Under the pieces are notes generated by a model. It was given only the letters and a program-made list of their open reading frames with translations. It was not told the origin of the DNA and ran no database searches. A DNA stretch of 63,240 nt, filler included, from Intoshia linei (lineage: Eukaryota; Animalia; Orthonectida), in assembly GCA_001642005.1 (NCBI GenBank). It is 3 parts of 3 records of this genome, joined end to end, with 100 filler letters (N's around TTAATTAATTAA, not from the genome) between each part and the next. Parts side by side here need not be neighbours in the genome. Positions count along the whole stretch, not along the records: positions 1 to 27,572 come from LWCA01000432.1; 2 more parts are not named here. The stretch is one strand, 5' to 3'. The number at the start of each line of letters is the position of its first letter. Within the stretch, counting starts at the first letter, position 1. The position numbers and the translations under genes are program-made. This document shows, piece by piece, positions 1 to 14,500 of the stretch.

Positions 1-54
1 ATATCGTTTAATTTGGATTACTTCAAATTTATTAATTAATAAAAATTAATTATT

Positions 55-1252
55 GGGTTTTGTTTAGCTTAAGCCCACTCAATATGAAATTTTAAAATGA
101 ACTTTTTATTCACAATTTCAAGCACAGTCATTTGAAAATTAAATTTTATATTAAAGTAAATTTGTATAATTCAAATTTTCGTAATTATTTCAAATAGAAT
201 TTTTAGAAAATATTTATTAGTTAATTTCAGGATTACTTAATCATTAAAAGTTTTAATTAAAATATATCTTTTATAGGTACTTTATATTAAGTATTAGATT
301 ATCAACATTAATTTGTAAATTTGTTTCGTCTTTTTAATCAAGCACATAACGATTCAATCTTATTTGTATGGTAACCTGTCAGGGTCCACAAAATTTTGTG
401 AGTGGTTTACCACGCCATGGTCGAAGCCATATAGTGGAATTCTCGTATAGGTTCTATAGCCATCAGATATAATAATGGAACCAGGTTCAATGTATTCCCT
501 AATAAACAAAATATAAGTATAATTACAAAAATACATTATTGTATTGATTAAAACTTCCGCAGTTCTGTTTGGTACGGAAACAATGAAACACTTTTGCGAC
601 TGCGATTCGACTCCACCGAAAACCCACTGATCTGGGTATAATTGTCCACGGTTGTACTTTCTTTTGGAGAATTGAGTTTCGTCAATTTGAACCTCACTGC
701 CAGGCCCCCAATCCTTTCTGGATAATATATAATCATTGAGATAAAAATATCTCTTATAAAGTTATTCCAATCAACACATGTTATAGATGACCTCTTCAAC
801 TCCCTATTTAGGAGTTTAAGTGAAGCAACATTAAACGGTCAATAATAAATGAACTTCAGAATTTTTGGAATAGATAAATGGCTTTGCTCACAAAAAGTAC
901 CTATTTGTATGGACATTTCCTTTGTGTTAGGTTTTCGACATCGCTACCTGTATCCATCAATACTTTTTTTGTTTGTTAAAGTTCATCATTCCTGCAGTCT
1001 ATACAACTTTGTGTTGATTTAATGAGCTTAAATTCTTTGCAAAAGTTGATTGTTCTCTCTATATCCCTTACAATTTCATATAGAGTATCGTAATTAATGT
1101 CGTTTAAATCATGCGCCATAATGATAATGCATATTTAATTATGTTAACATGCATTTACAATCATTACGTAAATTTAAATTTAATTTTCAAATGACTGTGC
1201 TTGAAATTATGAATAAAAAGTTTATATTGTGTGCTTAAACTAAACAAGACCC
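55..1252 (-). mobile_element. Merlin (IS1016/ISXO2-like) DNA transposon with a degenerate transposase
   Basis: Imperfect TIRs of about 80 bp starting GGG (55 gggttttgtttagcttaagc... vs reverse complement of ...gcttaaactaaacaagaccc 1252). Perfect 8-bp TSD TAATTATT at 47-54 and 1253-1260. The minus strand encodes frameshifted Merlin motifs: VDWNNFIRD..IGG, EYIEPGSIIISDGYRTY, VNHSQNFVDP, HTNKIES. Confidence 0.9.
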
Positions 1253-1429
1253 TAATTATTTTTTAATTATGCCAAAAAAAATTATAATTGTAAAGAGAGT
1301 TTATCGATTTTTCCAAACATTTGAAAAATCATAGATAATTATGTAAAAAAATAATTTGCAATGATAAATACCAATAAAATTAACATTTACATTTCATATT
1401 TTAAATTGTTAATTCTTTTTAAATTATTT

Positions 1430-1848
1430 ATTCTACCAAAAATCGAATACGCGAGCCAAGTTTGGAACCCATCAAAAAAAAGAATATAAAACGTCTCGAA
1501 TCTGTAAACAAAAAAATCTGTTCCGTTCTAATATGTCACTTCAACATAGAAGGTCACTCATGGACCTCAACCTCATCCATAATCTCACCTATCTAATTTA
1601 ACTACACAACAACCCGACAAAATATAAAAATATTTAAAAAACGATTTGCGACAAACCTCCACAAAAATTCCTTCTACATCCGAATAATGAACCACTGGAA
1701 CTAACTACCCAAAGCAATTACATCACTCAAATCCTAAATAGTTTTCAAAAAGCAAACCACAAAAGTTAATTTTATAAAAACTATTACTTAAAGCAATATA
1801 TATTGTATACAAGCAAATTGCGTACTTCAATAAATCATTATTATTATT
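1430..1848 (+). mobile_element. 5'-truncated non-LTR retrotransposon (CR1/L2-like) 3' remnant
   Basis: Translates to ILPKIEYASQVWNP..IKRLESV and KNSFYIRI*NHWN*LP, typical of the CR1-group ORF2 C-terminus. Ends in AATAAA plus an (ATT)n tail. Confidence 0.75.
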
Positions 1849-2254
1849 TTAAATTTCAAATTGTTATAACTTTCAATTCAAATTTTATTGTTCTTTTTAA
1901 ATTTCTAGAATTTAAAAAAAATTAAAATTAAAGAACTTTTTATATTTCATACATGTAAAAATTTAATATCCCAAATTTGCATCTTCTAAGTAAAAATCAT
2001 ATTTAACATTTCATCATGTAAAATTTTTGAATTTACCAAATGTTAAATTAAATTAAAAACTAAGAATCGTAAATATCGATTCCGCACCGAGACATTCCAG
2101 ACACCCTTTGGAAAATATAATAAAAATACAAAAATTTTTATCGAGTCAAATTTTAACGGTACTTAATGTTATAAAATGTATAACTTATGTTTGTAATCTG
2201 TCCAAAAAAATTAAACGAGTTAAAAACGCTTCAATAAAATAAACAATTTAATTG

Positions 2255-3684
2255 TTAAAATCCATTATGGAAAATATTTGATTTTCTTTCATACTCGATA
2301 GTACTCATAATGTTTTTAATTTCTAAATTAAATTAAAAAAATAAAATGTAAATAAAAACCCAATTTTTTAGCATCGTTAAATTCACCTCGAGGAAATTCA
2401 ACATCAAAATGAACATACATGTCACCTCGCTTATTGATATCAGATTCAAGCGGCATTCCTTGACCAGATCTTTTTATTCTGGCGCCATACCAAGTGATTT
2501 TATTTCGAGACAGTAGAATCTAAAAAATTAAATGAATCAACTAAAAAACAATAATATACAGGATGTCCATCCAAGTGATAAATAGTTATATTGAATCCAT
2601 TTAACGCTTCTTCCAACGTTAATGTGCAATTGGTATGCAAATCATTTCCCCGTCTAGTATAAATAGGGTGTCTAAATTAACTTAAAATAATGTTTAATAT
2701 CAAAATATACTTTTTTTCTTTAATAACAAAAATTAAATCTCCACAAGAGCCTTCCACGTGTGGTTCTCCTAATAATGTTTAGTTTTACAAATTAAACAAT
2801 AAACCTTCACCAAAGAAAGGATATTCATCTCCATCTTTCATTCCAGGGTCAATTTCTATTTCCAGTTCTTTGTTGTAAGGAACCATTCTAGTGACAATTA
2901 ATAGTATAATAATAAAAACAACTTTATATTTGGACATTCATCACACACTTCTTGTTGAAACATTTGATAACTACCAAAACCTATTTGTGTCGTCTTCATT
3001 TCTTGTCGACAATTACATTTTCGCGTACCATGAGTTTCTTCAATAACTGATTTTATTCTAGTAAACTAAAATGTTATCAAGTTACATGTATATAATTTCC
3101 AACTTCAATATAATTGCCGTTGCACAAATCTTCTAATGTAACTTCCAAATTTAGGTATATTGAACCTATATATAATATTGACGGGTTAATACACATTTGA
3201 AACCTCCTTTTTGCATTTTGGGACGTTTTTGTTTTTGTCCACCGAAAAATCCAAAATCTCCAAAAAAGCTTAAAATATACATCAATGTATTTTGTTACTT
3301 ACTCTGAAAATCCAGAATGGTCATGATCCGGCATATCACGTAAACCTTCTTCTCCATATTTGTCATATTTTTTACGTTTATCGTCGTCAATAAGTACCTA
3401 GTAATCGATTATAGCAGCAAACCTATTTATACCTGATAAGCATTGTTAATTAATATTTGCTGTGCTGAGGTATCTTGACCTGTTTTATCTGGGTGGTGTT
3501 GTTTACTCAAGTTTCGAAACGCCTTTCTAATTTCTCTCTTTTTTGCATTTCGAGGAACGTTTAAAATGTCGTAGTAATCCCTTGTATTAGTAAATTATTT
3601 AATTTTTATACCTTACCGGGAAATTATGGCTATTACTTGGAAAATGCATAAATATATACAAAAAAACGAAGAATAAACGTTCAT
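2255..3684 (-). CDS. DNAJB11: DnaJ homolog subfamily B member 11 (ERdj3), multi-exon
   Basis: Signal peptide [22 protein letters not shown]; J-domain RDYYDIL...HHPDK; Cys-rich [15 protein letters not shown]...[11 protein letters not shown]; [27 protein letters not shown]; ends IFHNGF*. Introns are about 35-45 nt GT-AG. Confidence 0.93.
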
Positions 3685-4440
3685 AGATACAATTTGTACA
3701 AATTACACGTCATATCAGTGTTGTTAGAAAATAAACTACAAATATCGAAATTCAGTTTATACAATAAAGTTTATTTCAATTTTAAAAGTTAACTTATGTT
3801 GTAATTCTAAGTTTTCTTGATTTACAAATTCTTAGTTGTTTAGGTCAAAATTCAAAATCTGGCCTGCAAATAAATTCTTTCATAAGTTATACTGTATATG
3901 TCATAAAATAAAGTATAAAAATGAAGTTATAAAACATTCACTAACGAGATACAGGAGGGCTCTCAATACTACCAATATTTTTCAATTTTGTAACATACTT
4001 ATAGGGAAAATTCTCAATACCGCCACAAATTTAAAAAATTTTCAATTTAAATTTAATACAAAAATACGGTATCACTAGTTTACCATAAATTAATTCATTC
4101 TATATTTTACTTTATCGTTAATTCTACTTCATAATTCATTCTATCCTCATTTACGTTACATTTAAGTTTACATACGATTTGTAATATAGTTAACTTTTTT
4201 AAAGCATAATAATTTTTTATAGAAAATGGCGACAAAAAGAGATCTAGATTAAATTTTACAGAAAAATTTAAAATAATTCGATTTCTACAAATAAATAAAA
4301 AATAAAATTATTTACAAATCTTAGTTTTTTGGATTCTTAAGATAATAATTATATATCATTCTATTATATTTTTTTGGTTCGTTGAATTATCGTTTTTTCG
4401 TTATTTTACTGTATATATTTATGTTTATAGTTTAATCGTT

Positions 4441-4590
4441 TCTATAATCGATAATCTGCCCTAAGAATCGAAGTTGTTTCTCTCCGATGGTATATTTTTC
4501 AGAATTTAACGTGAGTCCAGCTTCAGATATTGTTTTAAATACTTTTTCGAGATCAGTTTTGTGTTCTGCTAGGTTCATCGACAAGATGCA
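4441..4590 (-). mobile_element. Ty3/gypsy reverse transcriptase fragment
   Basis: Translates to AEHKTDLEKVFKTISEAGLTLNSEKYTIGEKQLRFLGQIID, matching the gypsy RT C-terminal pattern H..L..VF..L..AGL.LN..K......FLG.II. No LTRs were seen. Confidence 0.7.
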
Positions 4591-5575
4591 AATTTATCAT
4601 AAAAAATTGAAAAATACTATTATAATTTGTCTTTGGAAAACTCTACGAATAATTTAAAATTTAAATAAATGGCAACACTGAAATATTTACATAAGTACTA
4701 CTACTACGTACTACGTAAGTAAAAAATAAAGGAAACATTGAATTTTTACTATAATTATAAAATCAACAATAATTATTATTAATTAGAATAGTATTATAAT
4801 ACATAATTAGTGAAAATATTTCTTGTGCCCTGGGGCTCTGCTAAAGTATATAAACTTCAATTTAAAAAAAAATCATATACAGAGCATTCCAACAATATAA
4901 TTACAAAATCCAACAATTTTTAATACAAATTCAATTCTAGAACTACATACGATCTGTTTTCATGTTTTAAAAAAGGGTAATCTGGTGTTTTGATCTTGAA
5001 TATTCTCTTGGGTTTGCGATTTACTCTAAATTACATGCGTTCGTATAGCTGAATTATTTTTAAAAAACTCGGAAAAAATAGATTTATTAATACTTTTTGC
5101 TAATAATTTTTAGTTTAATGAGAATTATTGGATTTGATAATAATACCCTATTTATTAAAAATAATAACACGTGAAAAGACACGAAATTATGAATGTACGC
5201 GTAAAGAATTTATTTTTATCGTAATAAATAAAAACTAAAAAATCTATACTGGGAATTATTTGTCATAATCTGAGACAATTTTATTTCCAAAAAAAATACA
5301 ATTAAACTATTAATTTATTTTTTTATAAATTGTGCTGTTATTAGTATATTTAACGATTAAGATAAATAATTCATAAATTTATGTTTATGAAAACACTGAA
5401 TTTATAAAAATTATTTAAACAATTAATAGAATTTATTATAGAATATATTTATTGTTGCTAGAACGTGTACAATATAAGCGATTAATGAAGAGTAACAATT
5501 GTTTTTGTCAATATCTATTGGTTTTGTGTTTATGGACAGTAAGAAACAATTTTGACTCACCTTAAACGAATAACC

Positions 5576-8500
5576 ATGCCAGAGACGGAAAAATCACATG
5601 ACCAAATACGTAGACGTCGTACATCCATGGCTGAGATAGTGTCAGAAGTTGTAGATCTCCGAAGAGCCACATTGATCAATATAGAGCAAAAAGAAGACAT
5701 CTCTAGAAAAAATTCAATATTAGGAGAAAGTTTTGGTGACATTTCCTACACAAAAATCCCTGATAATAAAAAGAAAAACCAATTTGCCAATCAAATGTAC
5801 ACTGAATTTACAATGGAAAAACTAGACGAAATGAGAGAACGAATTGAAGCCGAAAAAAAACGTAAAGAAGAAGGTAAAAATATGTACCAAGAGGCTAAAT
5901 TGGTGGACGGCGAATTAAAATTTGACAACCAAGAAGAAGACGATAAACCTGAGCGCATGATTGCATTGGTCGAAGGAAACGTTCTTCCAGATTGCTACGT
6001 TGAGATTTTTCCAAAAAAATTATTGGGAAAGCCCATTTCCGAAATTGACCCGTATCTTTCAGAATTGGTTTGTTTTTTTTATTTAATTTTATCATAATTT
6101 TAGAGCTTTGTCGTTATATCCAAAAGATTTAAAAAATTCTACATTAACCGTTATTCAGCCTCCAAAGCCCTTTTTTTACTATCACCGTGGACTCCTATTA
6201 GAAGAGTAGCCCTGAGAATTGCCACACACCAACTTTTCGATTATTTCATTATATTGACCATTATCACAAATTGTATATTCTTGACATTAAAAGAAAATGC
6301 TGCATCCGTTTACGCAGAGTAATTCAATTTTAAATTATAAATTGTAATTTTTTAATCGATTATTTGTAGATATTTGTTTTTGGGGATATATACTCTGGAA
6401 GCTATCGTTAAAATATCAGCGAGAGGTTTATTTCTAAATTCTTACACTTATTTTCGTGATCCTTGGAATTGGTTGGATTTTATTGTCATTGCTTCATCGT
6501 AAACTTTTATTGCACATGGTTTTATATTGTCAATTTTAGATACATTGTTATTGTGTTTGAAGTGATTGGAAATCAAAAATCTTTGGGTAATATTACAGGT
6601 CTCAGAACATTTCGAGTTTTACGAGCCTTCAAGACATTTTCTATTGTACCTGGTAATTTCATAATGGATACTAAATTGCTAATCAAAATAAATTATTTTA
6701 GTTTTCAAAAAGCCTACAGGTCGAACTGCGTTCTAAAATTTATAATTTTTTAAGTTTTTTATATTTTTATACTGATTCTTTATCTCTTTCATTGCCAAAA
6801 AATTTAATATTGTTTCAAAGAAACGTAGATTTTTTAAACAATATGTTGAAATTAACAAAATTGAGCCATGAGAATCATAAATAATTACATTTAAATCGGA
6901 TACGCTTTTTTAATCAATACCTTATATTCGGTAAGGGATCGGCCTATCTTTACATGGTATTAAACGTAAGCCTTAAGGCTTAAGAGTGGATAAAATATCA
7001 TAACGTAAATTTAAATTTTAATTTAAAAACGTATATTTAGTGAAATATTCCAATAATTTTGAATTTAATTTTTTTAACTTTTGTATTATTAAAAATTAGG
7101 TAAACGTTAATACAGAGTTAAAATATCATTGAAATATCTATACATTATTATTATCATCTTATCGTTTAGGTTTGAAAACTATAATTGGTGCTCTGTTGAA
7201 ATCTTTGAGATGGGTTTTCGAAGTAATCACTTTGACAATGTTCATCATGATGGTTTACTCTTTATTCACGCTGCAAGTTTATAATGGAGTTTTGAGAAAC
7301 AAATGCATACTAAATAAAGACGTTTTTAGTAGTGATATGGATTGGATGCTACATAAAAAAATTAAAGGTATCTTATTGAATATTATCAATAAAAAAGACA
7401 AAATTTTATCATGAATAGTCTGTGAGAGGTATTTCAAGCATTATTGCGAACTATAATGAATGTAAGTATATTATGATTATAATCCTTACTTACATAAAGT
7501 AAAATGGTTAAAATGTCGGCTTATTTGTTTGTTTATTTGTTACAGTTTATTTAAGAAAGTAAGAGGAATCGAGTTTTACAAATTACATATATATATATGA
7601 AACAGTTTTTACAGAGTGATGTTTTATCGCAAATTTGAATTTCAGAAATTGAGTCGTTCAAGATTAAAAACTCTAATAATCCATTATTTTTAAATTCAAA
7701 CAATTCCTAGAATTGTAAAAAATGCACATGTTAATAAAAAGTTTTAAATTCATCAATATTATGATATTTTTCAATTGAAAAATATTATATCTTCACGGCC
7801 AAAACACCAAATTACCCTTTTTTGTAAAAATTAAGAAAGTCGTTGAATTTTATACAACCAAAATTCTGGAATGATTTTTAAATTCATAAGCATTATCATA
7901 AATGGTGACCTCAAAAAAGGTAATTTTCACGGTCAAAAAACCAGATTATCTTTTTTTATAAATGAAAACAGCCCTAGAATTTAAAAAATAATAAAGATAA
8001 TACAGTTATATCCTGTTAACACACACAAAAAATTACAATTTAATAAAGTGACGCCTTCACTGTCAAAAAAAGCATTTTAGTATTCATTTTTTTTATTATT
8101 TAACTATTTGATTAGAACATTAGTATTATAAAAAATTTGATATAATTAATGGTCCTACAATTAAACAAAAATTAATTAAAAATTAAAATTACTACAATTA
8201 AAAGAGAAAATCAAAGATTTCCTACTTTCTTTTTTGAATATTTATTTAATAGAAAGGTTTTAATGTTTAATATTATCATTTCAAACAGTTTTTATGTCAT
8301 ATTATATGATGAACATTGTAAAATATATTTTAAATTGAATATTTACCAGAACCTTGATTCTTAAACTATTTTCTTTCTAGCTATTTGAATTCCCACACTT
8401 CAAAACTTATAAACTGTTTCTTAAGATATAAGTGTGAAGTACTTTTATTAATTTGGGGGCCTTTTCTAATGAGTGGCCCTGGCATACATCCCATATTGCC

Positions 8501-11500
8501 CATGCCTTAAAACGGCTCTGACACTAGTAGATGAATAAAATGTTCAATTCATGTATCAATTTAAATTTAAGTACAGTAATATGAACAGAAATTACGTTTA
8601 AATTTTTTCTTTAAAATTTGTGAATTTAATCTGAATTCTGAATAGTTTTACACTTTAAAATTTTAATAGCAAATGAAACATTTAGAGATAATATTTTATG
8701 TAATTTTTTAGATGCTATAAATATTATTATAGAAGTTAATTTTTCAGTGTTTAAGGTAGAGTTAATACACCTTAAAGTCGCATACGTTGGTTCGATAATT
8801 AGTTAAAAACTATTCTTTTCATAAAACTAGCAATACATATAAATATATATATGTATGTCATATACAGTAGTTTTTATTCCAAATTTTTAATATTTGATAT
8901 AATGTGAAAATTGACTGATGGATTTAAAAATAAATTTAAATTGTTCTTTTAGCCAATTGGTACGGATCTGAAGGTGATTATTTGCTATGTGGAAATGTTA
9001 CTGGTGCAGGGTGATGCTTTAAAAATATTTTTAATTACATTGTCTGTTATTTACTTTATACGAACTGTAGTGCAGCGGTTCCCAAATGCCGGTCCGTGAA
9101 ATTTTTTTTGTATTTTTGTTATAATTTTTTAAAATATTTCTAATCAATACAATAAATAAATGTATTATAATTATTAAATTTATCTAATAGTATTTTTATA
9201 ATTTCGTCTAGAATTACAAATTATGCGAGAAATTTAATAATAAATTGTTGGTCCGCGTGAAGAAATTGTGGAACCACTGATCTATAGTGGTTAACATATA
9301 ACAGTGGTTCTTAACCTTTTTTGGAGAATCGCCCATTTGTCAACAAAAATAAAATTATCGCCCCATAAAGACCATCGATATTTTTTTAATTTACAAAGTT
9401 TATAAATGTGCATTGCATGTTATGCAGCAATTTTTTTTAATAGTAGAGTTTATATGGAATACAATAAAAAAAGCAATTAATAATTGTTTTTTTGATATCT
9501 TAAGAAATATGCAAATGAAAATTGAGATTATTTTTTTAATTTGATGGATCATAAAAATAATATATACAAAAAATACGATGAAAACTGAGTATGTAAAAAA
9601 AAAGAAAAATATATTATAATAAATAAATGTAACAAATTTGAAATATTAAATGGAATCATGACATTATAAATGTTTAAGCTTTACAAAGAAAAGATAAAAT
9701 GTATTATTAATGGCTATCCTGATATGGATGACTATTTAATAATTTTTCAATATCAGGAGCGATATTTGTTAAGCATAATTTTAAGTTACCCCGTTTTGAT
9801 AAATGTAGTTTGTTCCTCTTTTTTGATTAAAGATCAGTTACTACGCTAAAACTTTTCTCAACAAGGTAAGTAGATGGAAAGGCCAATAGTAACAATTTCA
9901 CTTCATTCCAAAGATTTGGATATGCATTCTTTTTTTTAATATATAAAATAGAGTAACCCTTTTGTTTATAAATGAATTGTGCCTCAATGTCATTTTGTAA
10001 GTCAATCAATTTTTCTACTAAATTCGATGGAATTGAATTAACATCAACATTAAATGGATTTATTGCATACTCTGGTATTTCTGTATTTTGTGTATTATAA
10101 ATACTAATTAGGTTGTTAATTAAAATTGCATGTAATGTTTAATTCTAACGAGTTCGCCTAAATAAAAAGATTCCAAAGATGAATACAAACTCTTTCTACA
10201 AAATAATCAAGTGACTATAACCACTGTGCCAGCTAGGCTCATTGAACGGTTATAATCTGATATTATATTGGAATCCCAACTGATGCGATAAAAATATTTT
10301 CGCCCCATTCGATCATAAAAACGCCCCAAGGGGCGCGCTATCGCCCAGGTTAAGAATCACTGGTCTATAATATAATAAAATTTAATTTAAATAGAAAATG
10401 TCCACAAAATTACACATGTCTACCTGATATCGGAGAAAATCCAAATTATGGTTATACAAATTTCGATAGTTTTGGCTGGGCAATGCTAAATATTTTTCAA
10501 TTAGTTACTCTAGATTTTTGGGAAGATTTATACGACAAGGTTTGTATTGTTATTTTGATGTTATATAATATATGACATATTTAAAAATCCTCTGATATCA
10601 AGTTTAGGTAATAAGAGCAAATGGATATTGGAACGTAGTCTTTTTTGCTATTGCCGTTTTTTGCTCGTCATACTATTTAATTAATCTAATGTTGGCTGTT
10701 GTAGCTATTGCATATGAAGAGGAAGTTCAAGCTGACGCCAGATTGGTTTATATTATTTTAAATAATTTAAATTTAATAAAAGTTAATAATTAAATTAAAA
10801 AAACAAAGTAAAATTTTTATACAGACGACAACTTATCCCTAACTCTTGAGTTTTTGATAAACTTTACCATCAAATATTACTTTACTTTTTAATTTTACCT
10901 AAACTTAAATTACTTAAAAACTGTTGCAGATTTTATGCTTTTACAACTTCTAAAACACTATTCATTAAAAAACAGAAAAGAGTAATTTAGATTTATGACC
11001 TCAATTTGTGCGACTGAATATTAGGATATTGAAGAACATAATTTTTTTAATTTAATTTTTATAAATATAATTTGGAAAAACGAGGCCCAATTTACAAACT
11101 TTTGTCACAAAAGTCACACAAAGGTCTCGGTACGGTAGGTTCGGAATTGTGTTTTTGAAAACATCATATTTAAAAATTTAAATTTTAAATTAGCAAGAAC
11201 TAATTAATTTGCCATTACAAGATTCTAATCTCAATTCATCTATGAATGTAATGGGTAAATCAGAGATTGATGTAAATAGAACATATAAACACGATAAAAC
11301 CTCAGTAAATGATAATGAAGATAACGTTTTTATCAACAAAAAATCAAAATCAAAAAGTAATATTAATTTGAAAATAACATTTCTTAAACACATTCACCAA
11401 TAGCTGTTTAGAGCTGTGTTTATCAACATTTTGTGTCAGGCAGAACCTACATATAAATATATAACTTTTTTTATTATAATCATTAACAGTACAATGGTGT

Positions 11501-14500
11501 AGTAAATACAATATAAATTAAAATAAATAAAGTATGTGGCTACAAATAAGCCAAAATCTTTCAAAAAAACTTATTTCGATATATAAATTCGATCAGTGAT
11601 TCCCAACCTGTATTTTATTTACCGGTATTTACCCACGAGTGGGTAATTTGATATTTTTCATGGGTAATCGTGAAATTTGTTCTAAAAAATAGGAATTTTT
11701 CATTTTTTTTAGTTGTATGCACAGTAACGTATTATATAATGTTTCCTAAATGGAATAATGTAAATAGTAATAAAATGTAGTCATGTAATAAATGAATATC
11801 TTTGATTTCTATAAAATTGGATTGTATGTGTGTGTTACAGTTTATTTAAAAAATTAACAGTCGTAGAATTTAAAAAACCAATTTCTAATACATTTTTCGC
11901 AGGTGATGTTTGTATTTAGTTTTTATCAAAGTTTTATTTTCAAAATTGAGTCCTTCATAGTATAAAACCCAACTTTTTTTTTTTTTAAATAAAATCAACC
12001 AAAAATTTAAAAAAACATAAATTCTGGGATAGTTATTAAAATCATAAGCATCATCATGAATGACAACCTCCAAAAAGTGCATTTTCATGATAGAAACTAC
12101 AGATTACCCTTTTTTTAAAAAATGAAAATAAATTTAAATTTTTAAAAAATTGTTAATACAGTTTAATCTATATCCAATTAACGCACACAAAAAATTCAAT
12201 CTGATAAATTGACAACTATTTTATCAAAAAAGCAATTTAGTATTAATTTTTTTTATTTGGAAACTTTTTTCATTATTAACAAAAACGTAATATTTTGATT
12301 ATACGTAAAAAAAATTATAAATGGTTTTGATCTTATCTTAATCCGACATGTCGCGACAGTCTCAGAAAGTTAAAAACAAAAAAATTCCATGTCTTTAATT
12401 TTTTCACTGTTACAGCGAGTAAGATAGATTTAACTGTTAGAAATTTACATCTTTCCCGGCATAAACAAAATTTATTCTCGTCTTGAAAAATAAAAATTTA
12501 AATATTCTTCCTACCATTTCAATAAAAATCATGAATTATTTTATATATTTTGTGAAATTAGTTTTTTAAAAATTTTTATTCAATGATTAAAAAATCTATA
12601 TGGCTCTTATCCTAAAAATCTGGTCATCCAATATGCAGTTAAAAAAATATTGTTGGTAATATCAAAATAAGTACTATAATATGGGTAATGTAGTATAAAA
12701 GGTTGGGAAACACTGAATTAGATACATACAAAAAAATAAAATAATATTTAAATATTTTTATCGAATTAGAGTTTAATTATTAAACTAATTAGATATACAA
12801 GTTTTCAATATTCGAACCCAATTTTTTATGTATAGACTGTTGTAGGTTGACTGTTATGTATTTCCTACAAACAGCACCTAGTTCTGACAAGGGTGGTTTT
12901 TTTAATATTATCAAAAAAATAAATACTGGCACATTGCTAGCCTCCACAAAAAATAAGAAATTGTTTAGACTCTAGACGCGGCATCTGTAATCTGTAAGGA
13001 TCTGTAAAGATTGCATTTATAACTTTTAAAACATTTCAAAATAAATTACAGTAGTACATAAATAATTGTCTCTCAACCGGTGCACCAGAAAAGTTTATTT
13101 GTGCTCAGCAAAAAATTGAAAAAGAGTTACAATAAAATATACAATAATATGTATATGATAATTTTATATACTATATAACAGGGTGGTCCAAAGCGTGGAC
13201 AGCGGGCCGCCATATCAAATTATGTGACCCGAGAAATTTTTTAGTAATAAATTTTGTAAAACAGGTAAATAATAAAAAATAAATATATGATTGAATATTG
13301 GTGTGAAATTTCAAACTAGATTTGCAGTCTCTTTATTTTGATTCTATTAAACCTAAATTGAAAATTTTGAATAATCCTATTGTATCACACAATCTGCAAT
13401 TGGAGTTGTGTGAATTGTTATCAGATTCTTTCTTAATAACAATTTAATAATTTAGGAAAAAAATTTATTTTAGAAAAAAAAACAAAAAAAATCTTTAACT
13501 GCTTCTGTGTGAAATGGTGTATTAATCGTTTTCAATTTTTAGCTGGAAACACATAAAATTTGCTGGAATACACAAATGCACCAGGGCACACCGTTTGAAA
13601 AAATGGATTTACACAAATATTATAATTACCATATTATCTTGCATTACTTTATTTTTTTTATAAATAATTCTGTCTTTCTGTACTCATTATTCTCAACTTT
13701 TTACTTTTTTTATTTTTTAATAATAATTTAAACTTTTTGGACTTTATTAAATACTAATAATATTTTTAATTGGCGTAATATTCATATCATGATACTAGTA
13801 GTAATTTTCTGATTAATCTGTGAAATTTTGACTTTTTGGACTTATCCTTGCAATAATATTGAGACACTTAATGCTATAATACAAACAACAAAAATTCCAA
13901 AATCTACTTCGATATAACTGCAGTGATGAATGAAATATGAATGAATATGTCCAAATTTTTAATAAATATTTGTGTTATGTAAATAAGCAGTCTAAGGGAG
14001 AAAAATACTTTTGAAATTGTACTACATTGTACATTTTTATAGCAAATAACTAAGAGGGAAGGAATCATGAAATAATTTTGTAAAAATTTTTTTAATGTTG
14101 CAGCCGCCAATTTGTAAATTGTATTTTTGGGCTATCACTCAACATGTGTTTGGACCACCTTGGTATATAGTATATAAAATTTCACAGAGGGTCAGATAAA
14201 TCAGATTTTTTGTTTTTGGTACTGAAACAACTTTTTTTCTTCAATTTGCAGCTATTCATTCCAAAATCTAAGATTATAATCAAGATTTTCAGTAAGCACC
14301 CATCAAATATCAAATATCAAATTTTTACAATTTACCACCAATAACTATTAGATCACCTCATATGCAAGGGTCTTCGTTACTATGCCTAACGGCTAAGGGG
14401 ACTCACGGACAGCATTTTGGTCAAAACTTTGATATATTTCAGTATACATGTATTACATTTATATCAATTTCTAAAGGTAAATTTAGGAAATAGTAAAAAT

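Noticed and set aside
3836-4078. AT-rich short ORFs in the track (e.g. 3836, 11885, 13904, 16131, 20690, 49107)
   Set aside because: They are low-complexity F/I/K/N-rich frames in TE, intronic or intergenic DNA, or antisense to real exons, with no coding signal.
5532-5555. 7-codon upstream ORF before the Nav2 ATG
   Set aside because: The TSS is unknown and short uORFs are expected by chance in AT-rich DNA.
14360-14425. GC-richer stretch with an Sm-site-like ATTTTGG (possible SL RNA or snRNA)
   Set aside because: I found no convincing splice-donor stem-loop or flanking hairpins; it is more likely a TE terminus fragment.
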